Of a stretch of DNA of 64,000 nt, positions 21,840-32,575 are shown one piece after another. This DNA comes from an uncultured cyanobacterium. Its GTDB lineage: Bacteria; Cyanobacteriota; Cyanobacteriia; Cyanobacteriales; Nostocaceae. Numbering within the stretch: position 1 is the stretch's first letter; each line of letters begins with the position of its first letter. The notes under the pieces are model-generated. The model saw only the letters and a program-made list of their open reading frames with translations. It made no database searches and was not told the origin of the DNA. The stretch covers positions 4,800,001 through 4,864,000 of the forward strand of contig OY970166.1 of the NCBI GenBank assembly GCA_963706595.1. Direction: 5' to 3'. Position numbers and translations under genes: made by a program.

Positions 21840-21982
21840 ATAATTACTAATTCGTAATTCGTAATTCGTAATTCAGAGAGTAGAAGCCCGACCTAAATCG
21901 TAGATTTGGTGGTTTGAAATTAATGGCAGGTATAAATACTACTAATTGCAACTACGAATTACGAATGATCAATTACTAATTA
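21840..21982. repeat. TAATTCG-type heptamer tandem repeats in inverted arrangement
   Basis: taattcg x3 at about 21848-21870 and the inverse (tacgaat) at about 21952-21967. Confidence 0.65.
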
Positions 21983-23794
21983 CTATTCAGATTTACCATT
22001 AACTTCCGAGTGCAGCGATAGACCTTCATTCAACCAAATACCTTGTTGAGGTACAGGAATAGAGAATCCGGCGTGATCAAAGGTGACTTTTAAGCGACGG
22101 CGAAACTCTCGCCCCACATCCCATTGCTTGAGGGGTAATGTCTTAATCCAGACACGAATCATCAAACCGCGATCGCCAAAGTTATCTATTCCTAAAACTT
22201 CCGGTGGTGCTATGATCAGACGTTTCCAGTAGGGATCTTGATTCATCTCCATACCCACGTCGTTGAGCAGCTGCAAAGCATCATCAATGTTATTTTGGTA
22301 AGCCACTGGAATAGTTAAATCGGCTCGTGACCAACGGCTAGAAAGATTAGCCACAATTTTAATTTCACTATTGGGAATCGTAATCAAACGCCCTTCAGCA
22401 TCGCGCAGCTGAGTAATCCGCAAATTGAGATTTTCTACTAAGCCTCCCACATCTCCCACAGCAATCACATCACCTAAAGCATACTGGTCTTCAACGATGA
22501 CAAGAAAACCATTAATTGCATCTTTGATTAAACTTTGGGAAGCCAGAGATAAAGCCACACCAATTAAACCAGCACCTGCTAATAAGGGGACAATATCTAT
22601 ACCCAAAGAAACCAGGGATAGTAAAATGCCAACTCCCAACCAAATACCAGTAGTGATACTTTTTGTTACACCTGAAAATGTAGAAACTCGCAGTTCCATC
22701 CGTTTATTAGCTTCTGAGTTTAATAAAACACCACTGCTAATCAGAGTAGAAGTGAAGCGATCAATCAGAGCATAGGTGAAACGGATGGCTACATAAATTC
22801 CTAGTATGACAATACCCAGCCTTAAAGGAATTTGGGCAGCCGAAAGAATCCCTACCTGAAATGCTCGCGTATAAGGAAATAGACCCAAAATGAAAACAAT
22901 TCCACTTCCCCAAATACTAGTTTGAGTTAATTGAAACAAGATTTTTTTGACTTCTTTAATATCTTTATCTTGCCGTTGATTCAGTTGAGTAGTCAGTTGT
23001 TGAGCATTATCTGCTATGGGGAGAATGGGGTGTTTTGAATTCTCTTTGGAACGACGTTGAAAGTAATAGACTCCCCCACTCAGTGCAACTATTAACAGTC
23101 CAATACCACCAGCAACTTGAGCTTGTTTGATTAAAATTTCAGTTGTTCTCTCCCTGGTAGATCGTTCCAAAGCTGTTTTCAACTGTTCGGTGATTTGAAC
23201 TGCCGAGACAGGTGGCTCTTCTCTTCGCAGTCTGGCATCTTCAGTCGTAACGGTCATCAGGTATTGACCATTAACATAAATTACTGGTAGTCCATTTTGT
23301 GTTTGGGTTTCAATGTCAATTGCTCCTGAAGGCGAACTTAAGTAATCTTGGCGGATTTGATTTAAACTTTGTTGGATACTTCGGGAACGCTCCGACAAAT
23401 TGCTTTTTGTTGCTGCTATCTGAAATACTTGGTAGCCGTCCAAATAAATCCAATCAGAAACAATTCTGTTATCTGTATCGCTATTTGCACCAGTGGGAGA
23501 TTGTAGGAAAGGCAAAATGGGAATTTGAGCCGAAGCTTTTGGCATAGAAACAACAGCTATAGCCATTGAACTTGCCATTGTCACCATGAAACTTCTACCT
23601 AAAATTCCTTTGGGAGATATGCGCCTAATATGTGGGTGTGAGGCTGGATTGGATACCTCCCAACTTGGTTTATGCTTGGCAGTAATCTGAATATTACCAA
23701 GGCTATTTTTCGATAAAAATGCCTGTTTCTGCTGATTAGAAGCAAAATTGGACAACAGAATTTCCTTAGCGATCGCCAAAAATTGCAAGCGCAC
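21983..23794 (-). CDS. Mechanosensitive ion channel (MscS family)
   Basis: LLAGAGLIGVALSLASQSLIKD, GDVI..G.VE.LNLRIT.LRD.EG.LITIPN. GTG start with AAGGAGGT RBS. Confidence 0.88.
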   Translation of the reverse strand: MRLQFLAIAKEILLSNFASNQQKQAFLSKNSLGNIQITAKHKPSWEVSNPASHPHIRRISPKGILGRSFMVTMASSMAIAVVSMPKASAQIPILPFLQSPTGANSDTDNRIVSDWIYLDGYQVFQIAATKSNLSERSRSIQQSLNQIRQDYLSSPSGAIDIETQTQNGLPVIYVNGQYLMTVTTEDARLRREEPPVSAVQITEQLKTALERSTRERTTEILIKQAQVAGGIGLLIVALSGGVYYFQRRSKENSKHPILPIADNAQQLTTQLNQRQDKDIKEVKKILFQLTQTSIWGSGIVFILGLFPYTRAFQVGILSAAQIPLRLGIVILGIYVAIRFTYALIDRFTSTLISSGVLLNSEANKRMELRVSTFSGVTKSITTGIWLGVGILLSLVSLGIDIVPLLAGAGLIGVALSLASQSLIKDAINGFLVIVEDQYALGDVIAVGDVGGLVENLNLRITQLRDAEGRLITIPNSEIKIVANLSSRWSRADLTIPVAYQNNIDDALQLLNDVGMEMNQDPYWKRLIIAPPEVLGIDNFGDRGLMIRVWIKTLPLKQWDVGREFRRRLKVTFDHAGFSIPVPQQGIWLNEGLSLHSEVNGKSE

Positions 23795-24128
23795 TCAAAT
23801 ACCTCCTTAAACAAAATTTACCATCGGCTACTTCCAGAGCCATCCTCTTCGACTGGCTTGTATAAATGTACCTATCTAAAGTAGACTATTTAAATTGTGG
23901 AAATCTTTCTAACTTTTGATAGATGACAATTTACCTCATCTCCTTTGGGTAACAGATAGAGAGCCGTTGATATACTCTTAGCAAAAATTAAGTCAAAAAA
24001 GAAAAATTAGGGATCGAAGTTAACCGGAAATTCTGCCAGATCAAACTAGAACAGAGTACAATTAACAGGCTTATTGGTGAATACAAACCAAAATCACCAG
24101 TTGTACAATACCCTAGTAGGGTGCGTAA

Positions 24129-25445
<1,317 letters not shown>

Positions 25446-25469
25446 TCTTTGTTGATTAATTGATTTTTT

Positions 25470-25500
25470 GGGGATAGGCTTTTGGGCTTATCCCTTTTTT
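25470..25500 (+). terminator. Intrinsic terminator after ahcY
   Basis: GGGATAGGC...GCTTATCCC stem followed by a T-run. Confidence 0.7.
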
Positions 25501-25580
25501 ATTTAACGTTTGCGTAGCGTGCCGTAGGCATACCGCAGAGGGAGGATATAATAAAACAGAGGGTGTTATTGTAAGTTTGT

Positions 25581-25997
25581 ATGTCAGCAAAAGATTTTTT
25601 TCACAATGCCGTAAGGTTAGCTTTAGAGAAAGATGGTTGGTTAATTACTGATGATCCTTTAAGATTTATAATAGATACTATAGAATTCCGTCTTGATTTA
25701 GGAGCAGAAAGACTTTTAGCAGCAGAAAAAGAAGGAGAAAAAATAGCAGTTGAAATCAAATCTTTTTTGGGGAAATCAGCGATTAGTGAATTTCATACAG
25801 CTTTAGGACAAACACTTAATTACCGTTCTATTTTAAGAAAAGAAGCACCTGATCGTATTTTATATTTAGCAATTAGTTATGAAATCTATACAGCTTTTTT
25901 TCTGATACCTGTGATTCAAGAAATAATTGCTGAACATAAATTAAAATTATTGATATTTGAAAGTAGTAAGGAGGAGATTGTTTTATGGAAAGAATGA
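25581..25997 (+). CDS. xisH: XisH family protein
   Basis: MSAKDFFH..V..ALEKDGW.ITDDP, DLGAE, IAVEIKSF. Confidence 0.9.
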   Translation: MSAKDFFHNAVRLALEKDGWLITDDPLRFIIDTIEFRLDLGAERLLAAEKEGEKIAVEIKSFLGKSAISEFHTALGQTLNYRSILRKEAPDRILYLAISYEIYTAFFLIPVIQEIIAEHKLKLLIFESSKEEIVLWKE

Positions 25998-26314
25998 ATT
26001 ATCCTGAATTAGTACAAACAGTATTAGCAAGACATACAGAAAGTCATTTAGCCAAGGGGACAGAAATACAATTAATATTTGATAATCAAAAAAATCACTA
26101 TTTAGTAATTCATCTAGGTTGGGAAGGTGAAAAACGGACTTATGGTTCGGTGATTCATGTTGATATTAAGGATGGAAAAATCTGGATTCAGTCCGATTTT
26201 ACAGAAGAAGGAGTTGCGAATGAGTTGGTAGAGTTAGGTGTACCGAAAACAGATATTGTTTTAGGTTTTAGATCCCCTCATGTGAGACAATTTACTGGTT
26301 TTGCATCCGTTTAG
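25985..26314 (+). CDS. xisI: XisI family protein
   Basis: HYL...GW, HVDIKDGKIWIQ.D.TEEG.A.EL...GVPK.DIVLGF. Confidence 0.9.
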   Translation: MERMNYPELVQTVLARHTESHLAKGTEIQLIFDNQKNHYLVIHLGWEGEKRTYGSVIHVDIKDGKIWIQSDFTEEGVANELVELGVPKTDIVLGFRSPHVRQFTGFASV

Positions 26315-26482
26315 ACTTTTCATTCATTGTTTATATGTCAGGAAACCCTACATAAACTACGACGGTGTGAAACTTGCTAATACTAATAGAGTAGAAGCAA
26401 TATCAGCCTTTGTAGCGGAGGCGAGATTCGCTGTTATCTGTTGGGAAATGAGGTTGTGATGATATTTTTGCACCCCTATGTA

Positions 26483-27370
26483 TTACTGATAAAATTTTTG
26501 ATTAAAGTTATTAATTATTTCTGTCACCTGTATTGTGTGTAATTCGTTATCTAAATCTACTTTTAATTGTAATGCACTTTGATAACGCCATTCTACTCTT
26601 CTACGTAACATACAAGAAATTATATATGCTAAATTTCCAAATTTTTCAATTAATGATTCAGCTATTTTTCTTGGTTGCCCTTCATTTATCAGATGATCAA
26701 TTATTTGACGGTCTAAATGTTGAGGGATAGGTTCTTGTCCTGTTAGTAATGTAAGTAGAATTAAACCTAGCTGGTAGATATCTGATTGAAAATCGGAGTA
26801 GCCATGTTTTAAAAGTTCTGGAGGAACAGCATTAAAAAAACCAGTATTGGATACAATAGGAAAATATAAATTAGACTTCTTTTTAGATATTCCGAAATCA
26901 GCAATTTTTACATGATAGTCAGGAAATAATAAAATATTTCTTAAAGTTAAATCTCTATGTATGACTGTAGAATTATGAATTTCAACTAAAGCTTCGCATA
27001 ATTTATAGCCTATCCAACAAACATGACTTGGATGAAAAGGCTTATAGATTTGCAAATATCTATCTAAACTCATTAAAGCTTTTTCCATAACTATTACTAA
27101 GCTAGTAGTATTAGTAAAAGGATCTGTATGAATAAAAAAATCATAAATTTTAACTATGTTTTGATGATCAAAGCCTATTTGATTGGAAATTTCATTAAAC
27201 CAGGCTTGCTGACTTGTATCATCGGTAAAACGACAAATCTTAATAGCCACTGGAATTTGGTTGCTATCTATTCCTCCCCATACTTTTCCAAAACAACCTT
27301 CACCTAATTCTTCTTTTAAAAAATAGGTTATTTTTGTCTCAGGATTTATCAAAGTATATTTGTTTTGCAT
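26483..27370 (-). CDS. Stand-alone Hanks-type Ser/Thr protein kinase
   Basis: LGEGCFGKV, VAIK, IHRDL..N, DFG, PPE, SDIYQLG. Very AT-rich. ATG at 27370. Confidence 0.85.
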   Translation of the reverse strand: MQNKYTLINPETKITYFLKEELGEGCFGKVWGGIDSNQIPVAIKICRFTDDTSQQAWFNEISNQIGFDHQNIVKIYDFFIHTDPFTNTTSLVIVMEKALMSLDRYLQIYKPFHPSHVCWIGYKLCEALVEIHNSTVIHRDLTLRNILLFPDYHVKIADFGISKKKSNLYFPIVSNTGFFNAVPPELLKHGYSDFQSDIYQLGLILLTLLTGQEPIPQHLDRQIIDHLINEGQPRKIAESLIEKFGNLAYIISCMLRRRVEWRYQSALQLKVDLDNELHTIQVTEIINNFNQKFYQ

Positions 27371-27399
27371 AAATAACAACAATGTATAAAAACATCAAA

Positions 27400-27428
27400 A
27401 TCATAACAAAGTGGCTAGTATATGTCAA
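27400..27428 (-). promoter_or_regulatory. Sigma70 promoter of the kinase gene, TTGACA-N17-TATGAT
   Basis: -35 at 27428-27423 and -10 at 27405-27400. Confidence 0.65.
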
Positions 27429-27504
27429 TCACCATTTGTTCAATAACTCTATTCCTTTGCATCTTTGCGCCTTCGCGTGAGATAAATTCAAAAAATACAA
27501 ATGT

Positions 27505-27891
27505 TTATGGTATGGGAGCTTTTTTCGGATGTTTCCCAGCATAATAGACAACAACCTTTAATTGATCCTCATTAGGAACATAAAATACCCTATCACCGCC
27601 TGTAACTTCATACTCCCAAGCACCTTGATAAACTTTACCCTTTAAAGGAAAAACGCGCTTTGGTTGTCTAGTTGTTGGTGCATTACATAAATCGTCATAG
27701 CAACGAGAGCAATTTTCTGGATAACGTTGCATCAAAGCTTCCCAATCTCGATTAACCCTTCTATTCTTGGCGACTACCAACCAAGTGCTACTTGTACCAG
27801 ATAATGCAGAAGCCGTCAGTTTTACTTCTGGCGGTTCCACATTATCTATTAATTGATTTTCTGAAGGATTGTCTGACATAGAAAAATTCAC
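27505..27891 (-). CDS. Putative RelE-like toxin
   Basis: PLKG...AWEYEVTGGDRVFY..VVVYYAGKHPK. GTGA overlap with the upstream antitoxin-like gene. Confidence 0.6.
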   Translation of the reverse strand: MNFSMSDNPSENQLIDNVEPPEVKLTASALSGTSSTWLVVAKNRRVNRDWEALMQRYPENCSRCYDDLCNAPTTRQPKRVFPLKGKVYQGAWEYEVTGGDRVFYVPNEDQLKVVVYYAGKHPKKAPIP

Positions 27892-28382
27892 CCACCACCG
27901 CTAATAGATGGCTGTGTTAATGGGATTTCATCAGTCTGATCATTAAAAGCTGCTGCTAAATCAGGACTGGCGATCGCGATCGCACTTTCACGCCATTCAT
28001 GAATAATTGCATCAATCACATCCCAAGCCTCATTAGAAGTATCAGTTAAGCGAAAAGCCTCACTTACCTCTTTAATAAAATCTTGCAATTCATCTGCATC
28101 AAATATGCTCAACCATCCATAAGGATGCTCATAACCTATTTTTTGTCCTAACAATAACCGAAACGCCACCGATAACACCTCAAAAACAGCCTTACTTTGT
28201 GTTACCCCTTTCACAAGATAAGCCACATCCGCACGACGCAACAGCGCAAAAGATTGATCATTGCGAGTAATGGTGATTGGGCGTTCATAAGCTTTGTCTA
28301 AAATTCGCCCAGGTTGACGATTCAACTCAGTGGCTGTAATTAGCTCATCTGAGAACGCATTGCTAAAAATTGCAATTGACAT
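27888..28382 (-). CDS. Phd/YefM-domain antitoxin-like protein with extended C-terminal domain
   Basis: ITATELNRQPGRILDKA..RPITITRND is a Phd-type N-terminus. Confidence 0.7.
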   Translation of the reverse strand: MSIAIFSNAFSDELITATELNRQPGRILDKAYERPITITRNDQSFALLRRADVAYLVKGVTQSKAVFEVLSVAFRLLLGQKIGYEHPYGWLSIFDADELQDFIKEVSEAFRLTDTSNEAWDVIDAIIHEWRESAIAIASPDLAAAFNDQTDEIPLTQPSISGGG

Positions 28383-28427
28383 GATACCTGCGTTTTCCAG
28401 AAACGCTGATTTAATTTGAAGAGGTTA

Positions 28428-28465
28428 TTACGTACTATCATACGTAACCCCTTAACCTTTGTCAA
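28428..28465 (-). promoter_or_regulatory. Promoter TTGACA-N17-TATGAT with overlapping palindromic operator TTACGTA-N6-TACGTAA
   Basis: -35 at 28465-28460, -10 at 28442-28437, palindrome at 28428-28447. Confidence 0.7.
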
Positions 28466-28537
28466 TAGTTAAAATGACAAAAACCTTTTTTTCGCTCTTC
28501 CTTTGCGACTTTGCGGAAGATCCAAAATATTTAAATC

Positions 28538-28656
28538 CCCGGCGAATGGAATTCGCGGCTACACAGACAAAACCCGCCTGCGCGGGTTAAAAATCTGGTT
28601 TATTAGTCCACGCAGGTGGACTTCGTTTGTATAGCCGCGATTTCTAATCGCCAGGG
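28538..28656. mobile_element. GC-rich MITE-like inverted-repeat element
   Basis: CCCGGCGAATGGAATTCGCGGCTA ... TAGCCGCGATTTCTAATCGCCAGGG imperfect TIRs with internal hairpins. Confidence 0.65.
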
Positions 28657-28695
28657 CTTTTCGATATACTAGAAATATTCCTATACAATCATCTC

Positions 28696-28935
28696 ATGCT
28701 AACTGTAACCATTGATGAAATTCAGGAAAATCTAACCAGCTATCTTCACCAAGTAGCAGCAGGACAAAGCATTATTATCACCCAAGCTGGTAAACCTATT
28801 GCAGAAATTAAACCAGTTTCCCCTATTACTCAACAAATGAGGCCTTATGGCTTATGTGCTGGAGATTTCATTGTTCCAGATGACTTTGATAGTCCCTTAC
28901 CTGAAGATATTTTGAATATTTTTGAGGGGAAATGA
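28696..28935 (+). CDS. Phd/YefM family antitoxin (VapB-like)
   Basis: L..YL..V..G..IIIT..GKPIAEI, DDFDSPLPEDI. ATGA overlap with the PIN gene. Confidence 0.85.
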   Translation: MLTVTIDEIQENLTSYLHQVAAGQSIIITQAGKPIAEIKPVSPITQQMRPYGLCAGDFIVPDDFDSPLPEDILNIFEGK

Positions 28936-29318
28936 AACTATTGTTAGATACCCATATTTTTTTATGGTTTATTAGTGGCGATCAAAAATTACCAATTCAT
29001 TTACAAAATAGCATTCGTGATTTAAACAACGAGGTATATTTAAGTTGCATTTCCGTGTGGGAAGCAACCATTAAATATCAATTAGGTAAACTACCCCTAC
29101 CAGAATCTCCGGAAATATACCTTCCTAAACAGCGTCAGCAGCACCTTATATCTAGTCTCAATCTAGATGAAGAAAGTATTGCTCAACTCGTAAATCTGCC
29201 ATTATTACATCGTGATCCTTTTGATAGAATTTTAATCTGCCAAGCATTACAGCATGATATGACAATTGTAACCGTAGACTCGGCAATTCGTGCTTACTCA
29301 GTAAGTATTTTATATTAA
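28932..29318 (+). CDS. vapC: PIN-domain toxin (VapC family)
   Basis: LLLDTHIFLW, S..SVWE..IK...GKL, HRDPFDRILI.QA. Confidence 0.9.
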   Translation: MKLLLDTHIFLWFISGDQKLPIHLQNSIRDLNNEVYLSCISVWEATIKYQLGKLPLPESPEIYLPKQRQQHLISSLNLDEESIAQLVNLPLLHRDPFDRILICQALQHDMTIVTVDSAIRAYSVSILY

Positions 29319-29632
29319 TCTACTAATTGCTCAAAATCTGGCAGAGAATAGCCTTTCCACTGTAAAAGTGCATAAGCATAGGCTTTTTTTAACATTAAAT
29401 AATCAGCACTCACTCGCAGCGATTTCAATAACAACCTATCTGATTCATTTAATTGATTATTTTGATTTTTTTCTAAAAGCTGTAAATGTAATTCTTGTTG
29501 ACTTTCAGGAATTTTACTTTGAGCAATAGGTAATAATTCCTCAATCATTAATTGCTGCATAGCGATTAATTCCCCTTGCAATTCCAGAGGTGCATAATCA
29601 ACACCAGGAGGCGAATTAGTTTGGGTACTCAT
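29315..29632 (-). CDS. Hypothetical protein (antitoxin-like helical)
   Basis: 105-aa ORF ending LKKAYAYALLQWKG. Confidence 0.6.
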   Translation of the reverse strand: MSTQTNSPPGVDYAPLELQGELIAMQQLMIEELLPIAQSKIPESQQELHLQLLEKNQNNQLNESDRLLLKSLRVSADYLMLKKAYAYALLQWKGYSLPDFEQLVD

Positions 29633-29717
29633 AACTGTTGTAAGAATTACTTAATTTTTAGTATAACTGTAATTTTCCAAATTAATATACTATATATTGT
29701 AATATATACTTACCCCA

Positions 29718-30134
29718 ATGCCAGCTAAAGACATTTACCATAATGCCGTTAGAAATTCCCTAGAAAAAGATAATTGGCAAATCACCAAAGATCCATTTGT
29801 TCTCAAATGGGGTACAAGAGATTTATATATAGACTTAGGTGCAGAAAAACTCATAGCCGCCGAAAAAACCGGACAGAAAATAGCAGTCGAAATTAAAAGC
29901 TTTATAGGTGCTTCTCCAGTCACAGACCTAGAAAACGCTTTAGGGCAATATATCTTATATTACGACATTCTCACACGCTTAGAACCTGAACGCCGCTTAT
30001 ATCTGGCTATTCGTCAAGAAACCTATTCAGAACTATTTCAAGAACCAGTTGGTAAAATATTATTAGAAAATCAACGCCTTTGTTTACTTGTCTTTGACTC
30101 AAAAAAAGAAGTGGTGCTGCAATGGATACCTTAG
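29718..30134 (+). CDS. xisH: XisH family protein, copy 2
   Basis: MPAKDIYH, IDLGAE, IAVEIKSF, ALGQY. Confidence 0.9.
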   Translation: MPAKDIYHNAVRNSLEKDNWQITKDPFVLKWGTRDLYIDLGAEKLIAAEKTGQKIAVEIKSFIGASPVTDLENALGQYILYYDILTRLEPERRLYLAIRQETYSELFQEPVGKILLENQRLCLLVFDSKKEVVLQWIP

Positions 30135-30457
30135 ATAATTATCGCCAAATCATTCAAAAAATATTAACCGAATACGCCCAACTCCCCTACGCTTACGGGG
30201 AACTAGAAAGACAACTAATTATTGACCAAACCCTCAACCATTATCTACTACTAACGCTAGGCTGGGAAAATAATCAACGGGTACATGGTTGCTTAGTTCA
30301 TATTGACATTATCAACGACAAAATCTGGATTCAAAGAGACGGTACAGAATACGGAATAGCCAACGAACTGGTTAACGCTGGTATTCCTAAACATCATATT
30401 GTTCTCGCCTTTCAACCAGCAGATATCAGGCAACATACTGAATTTGCAATAACTTAA
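30122..30457 (+). CDS. xisI: XisI family protein, copy 2
   Basis: HYLL...GW..RVHGCLVHIDI..KIWIQRDGTEYGIA. Confidence 0.9.
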   Translation: MDTLDNYRQIIQKILTEYAQLPYAYGELERQLIIDQTLNHYLLLTLGWENNQRVHGCLVHIDIINDKIWIQRDGTEYGIANELVNAGIPKHHIVLAFQPADIRQHTEFAIT

Positions 30458-30482
30458 AACTATTTATCCCTATCAAACACCC

Positions 30483-30788
30483 TCAACCATCCATTGATTC
30501 TGTAAATAAAGATTCCAAATCTCGATACCCACTAACTACACGCACAATTTCAATCCCACTATTAATAACTCGATAAAGAATAACGTAACTATCTAAAGGA
30601 ATACCCCGCAAATCAACTTTAATATTTCCGTAGCTACGCCCCATATTGGGGAAATTAGCTAAATATTTACACTTTTTATCAAATTCATCAACAAAACGCT
30701 CTCCAGCATCAATATTTCTATTGGCAAAATAATCAATTATTGCTAATAAATCCTTACTTGCTTCTGGAGAGATACTGTGTCTTTTCAT
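30483..30788 (-). CDS. parE: ParE/RelE family toxin
   Basis: SPEASKDL..I..Y, LANFPNMG, YVILYR...IEIVRVVSG.RD. Confidence 0.85.
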   Translation of the reverse strand: MKRHSISPEASKDLLAIIDYFANRNIDAGERFVDEFDKKCKYLANFPNMGRSYGNIKVDLRGIPLDSYVILYRVINSGIEIVRVVSGYRDLESLFTESMDG

Positions 30789-31051
30789 CCTTGCATCTCT
30801 CTGGCTTGACGCAACTTATCCCGTAATTGTTCAATCACAACATTCGCATCAATACCTTCCCCTTTATCCAATTGTCCAATAGCAACATCAACCTTTTCCC
30901 GTGTTTCTTCCACCCACTGCTGATAACCCTTCTCCCACTCCAAAAGCAACTTTAAAGCCTTACTAATCACATCTTCAGGATTTGCATATCTACCCGTAGC
31001 AATTTGCGCTTGGATAATTTGCTCTAATTCAGGTTTAATTTGGATATTCAT
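30785..31051 (-). CDS. ParD-like RHH antitoxin
   Basis: LEQII..QIATGRY....DVI..AL.LL, G..QLD.GEG. ATGA overlap with parE. Confidence 0.82.
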   Translation of the reverse strand: MNIQIKPELEQIIQAQIATGRYANPEDVISKALKLLLEWEKGYQQWVEETREKVDVAIGQLDKGEGIDANVVIEQLRDKLRQAREMQG

Positions 31052-31175
31052 AATTTATTCTCTGATTGAGCTTAACTTTATAATAACTCTCAACCCTTTG
31101 CGACATTGCGCCTACGCTGGGGGAACCTTTTCAACGAATGCGTGAGATAAAAAAAACCTAATTTCGGCTTTAAAG

Positions 31176-31217
31176 CAGCAGATATCAGGCAACATACTGA
31201 ATTCGCAATAACTTAAA
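31176..31217 (+). repeat. 42-bp direct repeat of the xisI-2 3' end (30417-30458)
   Basis: CAGCAGATATCAGGCAACATACTGAATT(T/C)GCAATAACTTAAA, one mismatch. Confidence 0.85.
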
Positions 31218-31218
31218 T

Positions 31219-31587
31219 TTATAGCTTATGCTGCAAGCGGCTGAGACGTTCTGCATAACTCTTCATGACCTTAATAGCAAATACAGGCGTTTCCTGAACC
31301 GCAAACAGAAACCCAGACTCATCCAAATACGCCAACTTGCAGTCAGTCTTAGCGATCGCAGTATAAGTTCTCCCTTGTATTCCTAAAAGTATACCAGTCC
31401 CAAACACTTCACCTGACTGAATTATCTCTACAGTCTTATCATTGACTAATATTTCCACTTCTCCTTCTAAAATCCCGAACATACAATTCCCCGGCTGTCC
31501 TTCCTTAAAGATGACTTCACCGGTGGAAAATACTTGAGGAGAGGGTTGTTTTTGAAAGATGCTGAGTGTAACTACAGGACTTAACAT
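31219..31587 (-). CDS. Single-domain cyclic-nucleotide-binding protein
   Basis: GEVIFKEG..G..MF.I.EGEVEI, GEVFG, R..TAIA.TDC. ATG at 31587. Confidence 0.8.
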   Translation of the reverse strand: MLSPVVTLSIFQKQPSPQVFSTGEVIFKEGQPGNCMFGILEGEVEILVNDKTVEIIQSGEVFGTGILLGIQGRTYTAIAKTDCKLAYLDESGFLFAVQETPVFAIKVMKSYAERLSRLQHKL

Positions 31588-31930
31588 AGGACAGCCGCCA
31601 AATTTCTCGATTTTTAAAGATATTCTTGGTCTGGGCAATACAAGAACCGATAAAACTATACAACATTCTGTAGATAGATATCTAGTAGCATTGCCAACCA
31701 TTCTCCAAAAATCGGTTAATAAACTGAAATTTACAGCTTTAAATCAAATTCTTGCTCATAAACCAGCTTTTTTACCCAGAGGTTGACTCAGTAAACCATG
31801 GTTATTTGGCAATTTGGCAGACATACATTTTTTGTCAGTGGTATCTTTTAATTGTGCAAGGGGTGTAGTAGAAGTAGTCGAGATTAATTAATCTGGGCTA
31901 CTTCTGCAATTTTATTAACTTTCAAAAAAG

Positions 31931-32296
31931 TTAAGCACGAGTCAAAAGTTCTAAATTATGACCATCGAGGTCATAGAAATAAAAACCACGACCTCCCATT
32001 CTATGATTAATTTCACCTTTGTTTTGATGCATGGGGTCGCTACTATATTCCAGCCCTATTTCTTTGATGCGTGTAAAGATGGCATCAAACTCTTCATCAC
32101 TGACGTGAAAAGCATAATGATGAGAGTCAAATCCTTCTCTGTCAGCAAAATCTAAGGTTAACTTGTCATTGACACGCACAGCCGCAAAATGACCAACCGG
32201 AGTATCAAGTTTTAGTCCAAAAATATCTGCAAAAAAGCGTGCCGATTTTTCCTTATCGTATGCTGGGACTATAGTATGGTCTAAGGTAATTGTCAT
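31931..32296 (-). CDS. VOC/glyoxalase family protein
   Basis: LDHTIV, HYAFHV, GRGFYFYD.DGH.LE. ATG at 32296 with GGAAGG RBS. Confidence 0.85.
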   Translation of the reverse strand: MTITLDHTIVPAYDKEKSARFFADIFGLKLDTPVGHFAAVRVNDKLTLDFADREGFDSHHYAFHVSDEEFDAIFTRIKEIGLEYSSDPMHQNKGEINHRMGGRGFYFYDLDGHNLELLTRA

Positions 32297-32472
32297 ATCA
32301 CACCTTCCCTTTCTTTGGGTATTACTCTTGCTCAAATCTGTATAAATGGCAAAATCACCACAAATAAACAATCATATTGATAGCCATGAAATCTTAAAGT
32401 TTATTTATGCTTAAATTGCCAAAAAACTGATGAATCTTGGTGTAGTATCTCTATTTTAGATCAAAGTCTCCC

Positions 32473-32575
32473 CAATACTTTTCGGAGAAGCACTACCAGC
32501 TATCAAATATAGGGCTGAAACCCTTGAAACTTTATCAGTAAAAGTCACTCCAAAAACCTTAACCGAAAAGTATTG
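32473..32575. mobile_element. 103-bp MITE, TIR CAATACTTTTCGG, 10-bp TSD AAAGTCTCCC
   Basis: Perfect 13-bp TIRs and an identical 10-bp direct repeat at 32463-32472 and 32576-32585. Confidence 0.88.

Noticed and set aside
25581..30457. fdxN-type heterocyst excision element implied by xisH/xisI
   Set aside because: There is no xisF-like serine recombinase or interrupted nif/fdxN gene in the window.
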